NCBI GenBank assembly: GCA_964514965.1
Contig: CAZETV010000001.1
Location: forward strand, 783,063-815,062
Direction of reading: 5' to 3'
Origin: Candidatus Hadarchaeota archaeon
GTDB lineage: Archaea > Hadarchaeota > Hadarchaeia > Hadarchaeales > Hadarchaeaceae
DNA length: 32,000 nucleotides
Position numbers and translations under genes: made by a program. Positions 17,373-26,900 of this stretch are shown in pieces (within the stretch, counting starts at the first letter, position 1; each line of letters starts with the position of its first letter). The notes below the pieces were generated by a model. That model was not told the DNA's origin. It saw only the letters and a program-made list of their open reading frames with translations, and made no database searches.

Positions 17373-17404
17373 TTTCCCCTGTTTTCGACTGTTTCCACTC
17401 GAAC
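17373..17404 (-). promoter_or_regulatory. ORB-like element (long form with G-run)
   Basis: The minus strand reads GTTCGAGTGGAAACAGTCGAAAACAGGGGAAA. The core TTCGAGTGGAAAC matches 12/13 of the recalled TTCCAGTGGAAAC and is followed by a G-run. It shares the 9-mer CCACTCGAA with 7883-7891. Confidence 0.45.
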
Positions 17405-17494
17405 TCAGAGAATAAAGGGAAGCTTTGCAGAAAAGGCACTGTTTTAAGGGCATTTTGGAAATAGGGTATAAAAATTAAGGAATTTAGGATTGGG

Positions 17495-17563
17495 AATACT
17501 TTCAGTGACCTCTCCCCCAAAACGGCATTAAAAATTTTTGTTTTCATGTTTTATTGGGGGACA
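17495..17563. promoter_or_regulatory. palindromic C5/G5 element around AAAAATTTTT, related to the one at 8636-8704
   Basis: AATACTTTCAGTGACCTCTCCCCCAAAAC...TTAAAAATTT is about 78% identical to 8636-8680 (18/20 in the first block). TCCCCCAA (17513-17520) and TTGGGGGA (17554-17561) form a perfect 8-bp inverted repeat with a 33-bp AT-rich spacer. Confidence 0.5.
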
Positions 17564-17770
17564 AGGGTGCATATCCAAATAGAAGTGCCAAGTCTCCCTT
17601 TTAGCATTAGTTGGCCCGCTTTTTTGGATGTGAAAAATTGGAAGGTAGACGCTTTTAAGATGTGCACAAAAAGTTCTCAAACTTTAAACTTAGAATTCAA
17701 AATTTTCACCACAGTTTCTAAATACGCTTTACTGCCTCTCTCATTTACCGTTGTTAATTGAGGTGGAAAC

Positions 17771-19777
17771 TTGGAGGCTAAGGGTAAGGAAAAGTTGGAG
17801 GAGTTCCTGCACCGAAGAGAGGTTCTCAAGGAGTTGCGCAGGAGAACGGCAGCCGGGCAAAAATCGCTCGTGATTGTTTTCGAACAGATATTGGAGTTTG
17901 ACATGGAGCTTGCTAGAATGATTTTGGATTCTCCATCTGATTTTTTTGATGTTGCTGCTGCTGCTTTAGAGGGAATAACAAAGGTTCCCGGAATGCGCTT
18001 GCGCGTGATGGGACTTGATAAGTCAACAGAAATTCGCAAAATTCGTGCTGGGCATGTAGGCAAATTCATCCAAGTTGAGGGGATTCTGACAAGGGCTGGC
18101 GAGGTAAAGCCGGAGGCGACGGAGGCGGTATTTAAATGCAGACGTTGCGGAGAAGAGAACAAAATACTTCAGGTCGGTGAACTCTTCAGGGAGCCCCTCA
18201 TTTGTGAAAACCCAAACTGCGGTAGGAAGGGCCCGTTCGATCTTTTGATTGAAGATACAGTCTTTCGTGACTGGCAGAGCATGTGTTTGCAGGAGCCTCC
18301 TGAGAAGCTGCGTGGCGGGCGGATGCCTCGAAGGTTGGACGGCATAGTCAGGGACGATTTTGTCGATAAAGCGGTGCCGGGGAACCATGTGGTGATTACG
18401 GGTGTGTTGCGTGTCTTTCAGGAGGGCAGGCGCCATGAGCGAAAGAAGACGTTTCGTAAGATATTATTCGTCAGCCACATCGATGTACTGCAGAAGGGTA
18501 TCGAAGAGGCCGAGCTGACTCCAGAGGACAAGGCCAAAATTAAGGAGCTCGCGAAGGATCCTTGGGTCAGAAACAAAATCATTCAGTCAATTGCTCCGAG
18601 CATTTATGGAGATGAAGCAATCAAAGAGGCGATTGCGCTGCAGCTATTCGGTTGCGAGGCAATAAATTTGCTAGACGGAACGAGAATTCGAGGCGATACC
18701 CACATTCTCTTGACTGGAGATCCCGGAGTGGCTAAGTCTCAGCTGCTCAAGTGGGCCGCGAACGTCGCCCCGCGTGGTCTCTATACTTCTGGCATGAAAG
18801 CGACGGGCGCCGGGCTTACAGCGGCTGCGGTTCGCGATGAAATCGGTGGCGGCTGGGCCCTCGAGGCAGGCGCACTTGTGATTGCGGATGGTGGGTTAGC
18901 GAGCATTGATGAATTTGAGAAAATGAGGGCGGAGGACTCGAACGCGATTCTAGAATCACTTGAGCAGCAGACGATTAGTGTAGCCAAGGCGGGAATCGTC
19001 GCAACGCTCAACACTCGTACCGCTGTGCTAGCAGCGGCCAACCCAAAACTAGGCAGGTTTGAGAAGAATCTCACTATTGCGCAGCAGGTTCCCCTAGACC
19101 CCGTGATTCTCTCCAGGTTCGACTTGGTATTCATTATGCGCGACGAACCACGTGCCGATCAAGATAGGACGATAGCTCACCACATCTTGGAAATGCACAG
19201 CTTCCGTAAGAAAACTATTAAGCCACCCATTAGCTTGGATTTCTTGCGCAAAATTATCATCTACGCACGCCAGAACTTAGACCCGAAACTCGACAACAAA
19301 GATGTTATGAAGACGATCGAGGATTTCTTCGTTGATTGGAGGAGAGTAGCCGAGCGAGGAGAGGCACCGCTCCCGATCACTGTGAGGCAGCTCGAGGCTA
19401 TTGTACGGTTGGCGAAGGCAAACGCCCGAATGAGATTAAGCGATCGTGTGACCATTGAAGATGCAAATCGTGCGATAATGCTCATCAAACGCTCCTTGCA
19501 GGAGGCGGGGGTCGACACCGAAACTGGAAAGCTGGATATAGACGTGCTCATGACAGGCAAGGCGAAATCCCAGCGAGATAACATTCGCCGTGTGCTGGAT
19601 ATTATCAAGGATCTTGAGGGACAGTACGGCGGGGCGGCACCGGTCGAGGAAATAAAGCGCATCGCCGAGTCCGAAGGGATCAAACAGTCATTTGTGGAAG
19701 AGCTGATTGAGCAAGAGAAAATGAGAGGGCACCTGTACGAGCCGAAGCAGGGCATGGTCACACGAGCGGTGAAGTAA
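17771..19777 (+). CDS. mcm: MCM replicative helicase
   Basis: Zn finger 'CRRCG...CENPNCG', Walker A 'LLTGDPGVAKSQLLK', Walker B 'IDEFEKM' and Arg finger 'SRFDL'. 668 aa with no intein. TTG start. Confidence 0.95.
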   Translation: MEAKGKEKLEEFLHRREVLKELRRRTAAGQKSLVIVFEQILEFDMELARMILDSPSDFFDVAAAALEGITKVPGMRLRVMGLDKSTEIRKIRAGHVGKFIQVEGILTRAGEVKPEATEAVFKCRRCGEENKILQVGELFREPLICENPNCGRKGPFDLLIEDTVFRDWQSMCLQEPPEKLRGGRMPRRLDGIVRDDFVDKAVPGNHVVITGVLRVFQEGRRHERKKTFRKILFVSHIDVLQKGIEEAELTPEDKAKIKELAKDPWVRNKIIQSIAPSIYGDEAIKEAIALQLFGCEAINLLDGTRIRGDTHILLTGDPGVAKSQLLKWAANVAPRGLYTSGMKATGAGLTAAAVRDEIGGGWALEAGALVIADGGLASIDEFEKMRAEDSNAILESLEQQTISVAKAGIVATLNTRTAVLAAANPKLGRFEKNLTIAQQVPLDPVILSRFDLVFIMRDEPRADQDRTIAHHILEMHSFRKKTIKPPISLDFLRKIIIYARQNLDPKLDNKDVMKTIEDFFVDWRRVAERGEAPLPITVRQLEAIVRLAKANARMRLSDRVTIEDANRAIMLIKRSLQEAGVDTETGKLDIDVLMTGKAKSQRDNIRRVLDIIKDLEGQYGGAAPVEEIKRIAESEGIKQSFVEELIEQEKMRGHLYEPKQGMVTRAVK

Positions 19778-20377
19778 ATGAGGCGCGTTCGAGTTCTTAG
19801 GGATTTATCAGAGATAAAGTTGGTGGGCAAGCCGCTGGGCCCGCTGGCGGATGGGGAGGAAACACAGCTCGAGGCATGGGAAGCCGCAGTCCTTGAGCGT
19901 CACGGGATTGTGGAGTGCTTCCAGAAACTCACATCAACGGAACTCCGAAAGCTCCTCTTAGCGGAGGAGCGTGAATCTGGGCTTACGCCCATTCCAATTG
20001 ATTTCTATTCATCGGTTGCTCAAAAGATAGAGTTTGCGCGGGCGGCCGGGCAGCACGAGGAAGCCGAGGAGATTCAGACTCAGGTCTTAAGTCTGATGGA
20101 AATTAGAGTCCCAAAGTTAGTTCGTTTGGCGATTTCTCCAGAGAGCGTTGGCTCCCTGCCGCCGCAAGAACTATTCCTGATCAATCGCTTAGCCGTGGTA
20201 CTCGACAGCTGGAGCGAGCGGTTGAGAGAATCATTTGAGAAGGTAGGAGAGGAGGTAGGTAGAAATGAGAAGAACGGAAGGTCTGTTCGACATGCTGTTG
20301 GAGACGAGACCGATATTCAAAAACCGAGAGTACCTGCGGCCGAGTTACACGCCCGAGGAACTACCGCACCGGGATGA
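19778..20377 (+). CDS. GINS subunit-like protein (Gins23-type B-then-A domain order)
   Basis: The ATG immediately follows the mcm stop. The N-terminus 'VRVLRDL..LGPLADGEETQLEAWEAAVLERHGIVE' resembles a Psf2/3-type B domain. It is followed by a helical segment, 'LTPIPIDFYSSV...IRVPKLVRLA'. Assignment is by pattern only. Confidence 0.5.
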   Translation: MRRVRVLRDLSEIKLVGKPLGPLADGEETQLEAWEAAVLERHGIVECFQKLTSTELRKLLLAEERESGLTPIPIDFYSSVAQKIEFARAAGQHEEAEEIQTQVLSLMEIRVPKLVRLAISPESVGSLPPQELFLINRLAVVLDSWSERLRESFEKVGEEVGRNEKNGRSVRHAVGDETDIQKPRVPAAELHARGTTAPG

Positions 20378-21545
20378 GCAAATTCATCAGCTCGCGCGGA
20401 TACTTGTGGCTCCCCTGCGCGGGGAAACGCCATCGAATCTGTTCATCTACGGCAAGACGGGAACCGGGAAGACTGCTTGTGTAAAACATGTGATGAATGA
20501 GCTGAAGCGCGTGAGTGATCGTGCGCCTCGGATGATTGAGCCGGTTTATCTGAACTGCGAGATTGTCAACACTCAATACAGAATTCTCGCGACGCTTGCG
20601 AATATCTTCTTGGATAAGCTCAGGGAGCGCTATGGTAGGGAATATGTAAAGTCTCTAGGGTTTCCCGAAAGCGTCCCGATGACTGGCTGGCCAACTGACG
20701 AGGTCTACAGATGTTTTTTCAGGGCACTCGATCACGACCCACAACTCGCGGTAATTGTGCTCGACGAAATAGACAGGCTTGTGCTGAAGAGCGGAGATGA
20801 AGTCCTCTACAATTTGACCCGTATGAATTCCGACTTGGTGAAGGCAAAGGTTAGCATCGTGGGTATTTCCAACGATTTGAACTTCGTTGGCTACTTGGAT
20901 CCCCGCGTTCGGAGCAGCCTTAGCGAGGAGGAAATAGTTTTCCCTCCGTACAATGGACTTCAACTCAAAGAAATATTGGAAAGACGGGCGACAATGAGTT
21001 TTGCTGATGATGTGCTGGGTGAAGGTGTGATTTCGCTATGCGCAGCGCATGCAGCTCGCGAACATGGTGACGCCAGACGAGCCTTGGACTTGCTTCGTAC
21101 AGCGGGAGAACTGGCCGAGCGTGAGAGTTTGGAGCTGGTCACTGTTGCCCATGTAAGGCGAGCCTTCGAAAAGATGGAGCAGGACAAAATGGTAGAAGTC
21201 GTCCGGACACTGCCATCGCAGTCGAAACTGGTACTTTTCAGCGTCGTTTTATTAACCGAGAAAAACTCGCAAAAAATAGTGACGGGCGATGTGTACGCGG
21301 TATATCGAAAACTTTGCATACAAGGCGGTCTGGATGTGCTGACGCAGCGCCGCGTCAGCGATTTGATTTCTGAGCTAGACATGCTGGGGATAGTCAACGC
21401 GCAGATTATCAGCAACGGTCGCTACGGACGTACCAAGGAAATAAATTTGAGCATTCCGCCGATTCAAGCCAGGGCAGCAGTTCAGGAGGAACATCCCCTA
21501 GGTATTGAAACGTTTACCATCCCGCGGCAACTGACGCTCGTATAG
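20265..21545 (+). CDS. cdc6: Orc1/Cdc6 replication initiator
   Basis: 'IFKNREYLRPSYTPEELPHRDEQ', Walker A 'GKTGTGKT', Walker B 'VLDEID', sensor and winged-helix tail. It overlaps the preceding ORF by 113 nt. Confidence 0.9.
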   Translation: MRRTEGLFDMLLETRPIFKNREYLRPSYTPEELPHRDEQIHQLARILVAPLRGETPSNLFIYGKTGTGKTACVKHVMNELKRVSDRAPRMIEPVYLNCEIVNTQYRILATLANIFLDKLRERYGREYVKSLGFPESVPMTGWPTDEVYRCFFRALDHDPQLAVIVLDEIDRLVLKSGDEVLYNLTRMNSDLVKAKVSIVGISNDLNFVGYLDPRVRSSLSEEEIVFPPYNGLQLKEILERRATMSFADDVLGEGVISLCAAHAAREHGDARRALDLLRTAGELAERESLELVTVAHVRRAFEKMEQDKMVEVVRTLPSQSKLVLFSVVLLTEKNSQKIVTGDVYAVYRKLCIQGGLDVLTQRRVSDLISELDMLGIVNAQIISNGRYGRTKEINLSIPPIQARAAVQEEHPLGIETFTIPRQLTLV

Positions 21546-23122
21546 TGGGTTTTATGGACGATTTTTTGTTGGTCCGCAAGTTCATGGATGCGGATATGCA
21601 GCTGACGCCGGATGCGCTCGAAGTTCTGCGCGGGCGGAAAGACGCTGAGGCCGCTGCTGAGCGAGTGTTAGTTAATCTTAGAGAGAGGGGGGGGAGACCC
21701 TTTCTGATAACGGCTGACCTTATCGCAAAAATTTTGGAAGGGAGCATTGAAACAGGTGACACATCTACAGTTCCACTGCCTAGACCGAGCATATCTGAAG
21801 AGGAAGAGGCGCCCAAAGCCAGAGAATTAGAAAAATTGCCTGAGGGCACCCGCACAAAAGTTAAAAAGGCCAGTGAAGTCGAACCCCGCATCGAGGTGAT
21901 TAAAGATATTACTGGACGGAGCTACACGGAAGGAAAACTAAATGATTTTGTGAGCGTGTTCAGGGATCGGTATGAACGTTTGAGCCGCATCCTCCGAAAG
22001 CGCGTCGATCTTCACGACGCGGTACCGATCAGTGGCCTGAAAAATTTCGAGAGTAGGGAAGCGGTAAAGGTGATTGGGATGGTCTCTGAAAAACGGGAGA
22101 CCTCAGGGGGCCATCTAGTTTTAGAGATAGAGGATTTAAACGGTCGAGCTTCGGCGTGGGTCTTCAAGGGGCGGAGTGAGCTCATGCGGAAGGCGACAGA
22201 GGTGGTGGTGGATGAGGTAGTTGGGGTTGTGGGGAATGTGAGGAGTGGAGACCGCGCTCCGCGATTATTCGTCAGAGATATCATCTGGCCTGACCTACCT
22301 GTCACGCACGAACTCTCTCGTGCTGAGGATCCTGTTTGCGCGGCGCTAATATCGGACCTGCATATCGGAAGTGAAATGTTCCTCGAAGATGTATTCATGA
22401 AGTTTGTGAATTGGTTGCGAGGTGAAACTGGCAACGCCCAACAGCAGGAGCTAGCTAGCAGAGTGAAGTATCTGGTTGTTGCAGGTGACATAGTTGATGG
22501 GGTTGGAGTTTATCCCCAGCAGGAGGAGGAGTTGCTTATCGATGATATTGTCAAGCAGTATGATGCTGCAGCTAAGCTCCTTGCTCAAGTTCCCGAGCAC
22601 ATCACTATCATCATAGCTCCGGGGAACCATGATGCCGTGCGCCCCTCCGAACCTCAGCCAGCGATTCCAAAAGATATCGCTGGAGGGCTCTATGATTTGA
22701 ACTCGGTTATGGTCGGGAATCCGGCGTGGGTGTCGCTACATAGTGTTAATTTTCTAATCTATCACGGCAGAAGCTTCGACGACTTAATAGCGACGATGCC
22801 TGGATTGAATCGGCTGAAATCCACGCCTTCCATGGTTAAACTTTTGCAAAAGCGGCATCTTGCTCCGGTTTATGGAGGACGCACGGCTATATCCCCAGAA
22901 CAGCAAGATTACCTCGTGATAGAAAAAGTGCCCGATGTTTTTCACTGTGGTCATATGCACGTTTACGGGTACGAGCGGTATCGCAATGTGGAAGTGGTTA
23001 ACTCGGGAACTTTCCAAGAAACGACTATCTTCATGCGGCGGCTCGGGGTAAAGCCTACTCCTGGAATCGTGCCTGTCCTTGATTTACAAACCCGCAAAGT
23101 CAGGGTGATTCATTTTGTGTGA
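21545..23122 (+). CDS. dp1: DNA polymerase D small subunit (DP1, Mre11-like phosphoesterase/exonuclease)
   Basis: 'ISDLHIGS', 'VVAGDIVDGVGVYP', 'APGNHD' and 'CGHMH'. GTG start overlaps the cdc6 stop. Confidence 0.9.
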   Translation: MGFMDDFLLVRKFMDADMQLTPDALEVLRGRKDAEAAAERVLVNLRERGGRPFLITADLIAKILEGSIETGDTSTVPLPRPSISEEEEAPKARELEKLPEGTRTKVKKASEVEPRIEVIKDITGRSYTEGKLNDFVSVFRDRYERLSRILRKRVDLHDAVPISGLKNFESREAVKVIGMVSEKRETSGGHLVLEIEDLNGRASAWVFKGRSELMRKATEVVVDEVVGVVGNVRSGDRAPRLFVRDIIWPDLPVTHELSRAEDPVCAALISDLHIGSEMFLEDVFMKFVNWLRGETGNAQQQELASRVKYLVVAGDIVDGVGVYPQQEEELLIDDIVKQYDAAAKLLAQVPEHITIIIAPGNHDAVRPSEPQPAIPKDIAGGLYDLNSVMVGNPAWVSLHSVNFLIYHGRSFDDLIATMPGLNRLKSTPSMVKLLQKRHLAPVYGGRTAISPEQQDYLVIEKVPDVFHCGHMHVYGYERYRNVEVVNSGTFQETTIFMRRLGVKPTPGIVPVLDLQTRKVRVIHFV

Positions 23123-23927
23123 GTTCCCTCAAGTGGTCGATAGAATTTCGGTCTTTATCTTAGACATGGATGGCGTGCTTTATCTCGGTAAGACGCCAAT
23201 CAAGGGGGCAGCGGAGGCAGTTAGATGGCTTCGAAAGAGGGGCAAAAAGATAGTTTTCTCCACGAATAGTTCGACTAAAACCCGCAGAGCTCAAGCACGA
23301 AAGTTGGCGCGCATGGGGATAGCAGCGCGTGAGTCAGAAATAATAACATCCGGATTTGTGGCAGCACTTTATCTCAGAAAACGCTCACCACGGGCCAAAG
23401 TTTACGTCGTCGGTGAGAAGGGGCTAAGGTTAGAGCTCAAGCGGGCGGGTCTGAGGCTCGTACCGTACGAGAAGGCCGATGAGGCGACTCACGTGGTGGT
23501 AGGCATGGATCGCACGGTGAGCAATAAGAAGCTGACTGGAGCTCTGCGTGCTCTCCTAGCGGGGGCCAAATTCATTGCGGCGAATCCGGATGCAACTTAT
23601 CCGACCGAGGATGGGCTCTCTCCGGGAGCTGGGGCGATGGTCGGTGCACTCGAAGGCTGCTCGGGCAAAAAGCCGAGCGTTGTGTTGGGCAAACCATCAC
23701 CGCGAATGATAAAAATTGCGCTCGGAATCCTCCATTCAAAACCAAGTGAAGCGGCAATAGTCGGGGATCGCCTCGATACGGATATACCAGCTGGCAAGCG
23801 TGCAGGAGTAACGACTATTCTCGTGCTCAGCGGCGTGAGCAAGAGGCGAGATATCGTGAAAGCCAGAAGGATGAAAATTGGCCCTGATTTTGTTATTGAT
23901 AGCATAAAGGATTTGGTGCACAGATGA
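23115..23927 (+). CDS. HAD-superfamily hydrolase, subfamily IIA (NagD-like phosphatase)
   Basis: 'FILDMDGVLY', 'STNSS', 'GKPS' and 'VGDRLDTDI'. It overlaps DP1 by 8 nt and DP2 by 4 nt. Confidence 0.8.
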   Translation: MCEFPQVVDRISVFILDMDGVLYLGKTPIKGAAEAVRWLRKRGKKIVFSTNSSTKTRRAQARKLARMGIAARESEIITSGFVAALYLRKRSPRAKVYVVGEKGLRLELKRAGLRLVPYEKADEATHVVVGMDRTVSNKKLTGALRALLAGAKFIAANPDATYPTEDGLSPGAGAMVGALEGCSGKKPSVVLGKPSPRMIKIALGILHSKPSEAAIVGDRLDTDIPAGKRAGVTTILVLSGVSKRRDIVKARRMKIGPDFVIDSIKDLVHR

Positions 23928-26900
23928 TAGTCGCCAACCAAGAGATGAAAGGTTACTTCGAGAAACTCGAGCGGCAAATTAGCGAAATTTACGAGATAGC
24001 CAAAAAAGCCCGATCTTTAGGTCACGACCCAGAGCTGGAGCCGGAGATCCCCCAGGCTGAAGACCTCGCCGCGAGAGTCGAGAAGCTTGTTGGACCCCCA
24101 GGAGTGGCAGAGGTGATACGCGGACTGGAGAAAGAGATGCCGCGCGAAGAGCTGTCGCTGAAGATAGCTGAGATGATTGTTGACGGTCATTTTGGGAGGT
24201 TTCAGGAGCAGCAAGCGGCCGAGCAGGCAGTCCGGGCGGCGCTCGCGATAATTACTGAGGGCATCGCTGCGGCAGCGCCGCTAGAGGGAATAACTCATGT
24301 CGAGATAAGGAAAAATTTTGATGGTTCGCGTTATCTCGCGCTTTACTTCGCCGGCCCGATTAGGTCAGCGGGGGGTACTGCAGCAGCGCTCGCCGTCCTC
24401 ACTGGGGACTTCGTGCGGCGGAAGTTGTACTTGGATCCATACAAACCCACCGATAACGAAATTGAAAGGTTTGTGGAGGAGGTGGACTTATACGCAACGG
24501 ATGTCGCTCATCTTCAATATACCCCGCCATCAGCTGACGACATACGCGCCGCCGTGCGCAATATTTCCGTGGAGATAACGGGCGAACCGACTGAACGGGA
24601 TGTCTCAGTTACCGCCTACCGCAACCTTGAGCGGATAGGGCACAACCTCGTCCGAGGAGGAGCGATTTTGGCCTTGGTGGAGGGGGTTCTGCAGAAGGCG
24701 CCGAAGATAATGAAGCACGTGAGCAAGCTGAACATCGACGGCTGGGAATGGCTCTCCGAGTCAATTGCCAAATCGCAGGCAAAAGAGGAGGAGGCGTCGA
24801 CTTACCCCAAAGGGGACAAGTATTTGGATGAGATAATCGCCGGCAGGCCTGTTTTTTCCTACCCGAGTCGAGAAGGAGGATTTAGGCTTCGCTATGGGCA
24901 TGCTAGAAATACGGGCATAGCTGCGGTCGGAATTCACCCCGCGGCGATGACTGTATGTGATGATTTCATAGCAGTTGGAACCCAGCTCAAGATGGAGCGT
25001 CCAGGCAAAGGCGGCGCTGTAGTGCCCGTGGACTCAATCGAAGGGCCGGTTGTCAAGATCGACGACGGTTCAGTGATTCAGGTAAATTCGGTCGAACAAG
25101 CGCTTGAGTTAAATAATCGGGTTAGCGAAATCTTGTCGCTTGGAGACATCCTGATTGGTTTTGGTGAGTTTCTTGAGAACAACCATCCGCTCATGCCAGC
25201 TGGCTGGAGCGAGGATTGGTGGGCCCGAGAGGTCGAGAAAGAGCTTGTGGGGAAGAAATTAGACATGGAATTATCCCCTTACCTTTCACCCCCCTACTTA
25301 AAGCCCAGCCCGTCACTAGCGGTAGAACTATCAGAGGAAATTGGGGTCCCGCTCCATCCCGCGCACACATACCTTTTTCACGATATCGGCATCGAGGAGA
25401 TTCGGGAGCTGGGTAGTTGGCTAGCGGGGGGGGATCCGGATTTCGAGGATGGCAAACTCAAAGGGCTTAGTTTGGGTCTGAACCAAACACCCAAGCGAGT
25501 GCTCGATGTCATTGGGGTGCCGCATAAGGTCAAGGATGAACATGTCTTGATCGAGGATTGTGCGCTGCCGCTCTGCAAGTGTCTAGGTCTGCTCAACGGG
25601 CAGCGTTTGACCAGCGAGCGCCTCGAAAAAACTTTGCGTGAGAACCCGGCGAAGGATGTGATGGAAATAATTCAAATTCTGGCTGGATTCCCCGTGAGGC
25701 GGAAGGCCCCAACACGCATAGGATGCAGGATGGGTAGGCCGGAGAAAGCAAATCCACGGTTGATGAGGCCCCCGGTGCATGTGCTTTTTCCCGTCAGCTT
25801 GCGCGGCGGGGCGACGCGCAGCGTTATAAAGGCGGCTGAGCGCGGGGAAATTTATGTGGACATGGCCAGGCTGGAGTGCTCGAAGTGCGGTACGATATGT
25901 TTCACACGAAAGTGCTCGAAGTGCGGTACGATCGCAAATTATACGAGGGTTTGTCCACGTTGTAAGCATTCGATGAACGAGGAGCGTTGCTTCGCGTGCA
26001 ACGTCCGCACTGAGTACTTTGACCGACGGAAGGTTGAACTGGGACCGATTTTAAATGAGGCACTGCAGCGATTGCAGGAGGAAGCGCCACCAGAGGTCAA
26101 AGGCGTCAGAGGGATGACGAGCGCTCAAAAAATTCCCGAGCCTATCGAGAAGGGGATACTACGGGCGAAGCACCATGTCTATGTATTCAAGGATGGCACC
26201 GTCAGGTTTGATGCGACCGATGTCCCGCTCACCCACTTCAGGCCGCGGGAGGTGGGCATGTTAGTGGAACGGCTGCGTGAATTAGGTTACGAGCGAGATT
26301 ACAAAGGCGAGCCGTTGGAGCGTGATGATCAACTTGTTGAACTAAAGGTGCAGGACATCGTACTCTCGAACGCTTGCGCCGAGTATCTGCTTCGAGCGTC
26401 GAATTTTGTCGACGACCTTCTTCAAAAGTTCTATGGGTTAAAGCCGTATTACAACGCGAGCAGGCCCTCAGATTTGGCGGGGCATTTAGTCATAGGTCTC
26501 GCGCCACACACCTCGGTGGGTATCGTCGGGCGCATTATCGGTTTCACCGACGCGAATGTGGGGTACGCGCATCCGTTCTTCCACGCGGCGAAACGTCGGG
26601 ACTGTGATGGGGACGAAGATGCGGTCATACTTTTGCTCGATGGATTAATCAACTTCAGCAAACGCTTCCTACCCTCAAAGCGCGGGGGAATGATGGACGC
26701 TCCGCTAATTCTGAACACTCGCATCAACCCTCGCGAGATTGACAAAGAGGCGTATAATATGGATGTTATGGAGCGTTACCCCCTCGAGTTTTATGAGGCT
26801 ACACTCCGTTACGCGAGCCCGAGTGAACTGACGCAGACCATTGAGACAGTCGAGCGAAGGTTAGGGAGCGAGGAGCAGTATTGCGGGTTGAAGTTTTCGT

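Noticed and set aside
17341-17761. ORFs 17341-17547 (minus, 68 aa) and 17546-17761 (plus, 71 aa) in the mcm upstream region
   Set aside because: They are AT-rich translations dominated by F/L/K/N, with no ribosome-binding site and no domain. The ATG at 17546 sits only about 6 nt after the TATA-like core. I treat the region as non-coding (origin/regulatory).
17758-17770. TTGAGGTGGAAAC as a third ORB-like site
   Set aside because: It matches the ORB core at 11/13 positions, but it ends immediately before the mcm TTG start. The embedded GAGGTGG is more simply a Shine-Dalgarno sequence.
17677-19830. Minus-strand ORFs overlapping mcm (161, 137, 117 and 189 aa)
   Set aside because: They are antisense shadows of a high-confidence MCM gene, with S/R/A-rich, motif-less translations. 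The same reasoning applies to the antisense ORFs inside hom, thrC, glyA, cdc6, dp1, dp2, nre and both radical SAM genes.
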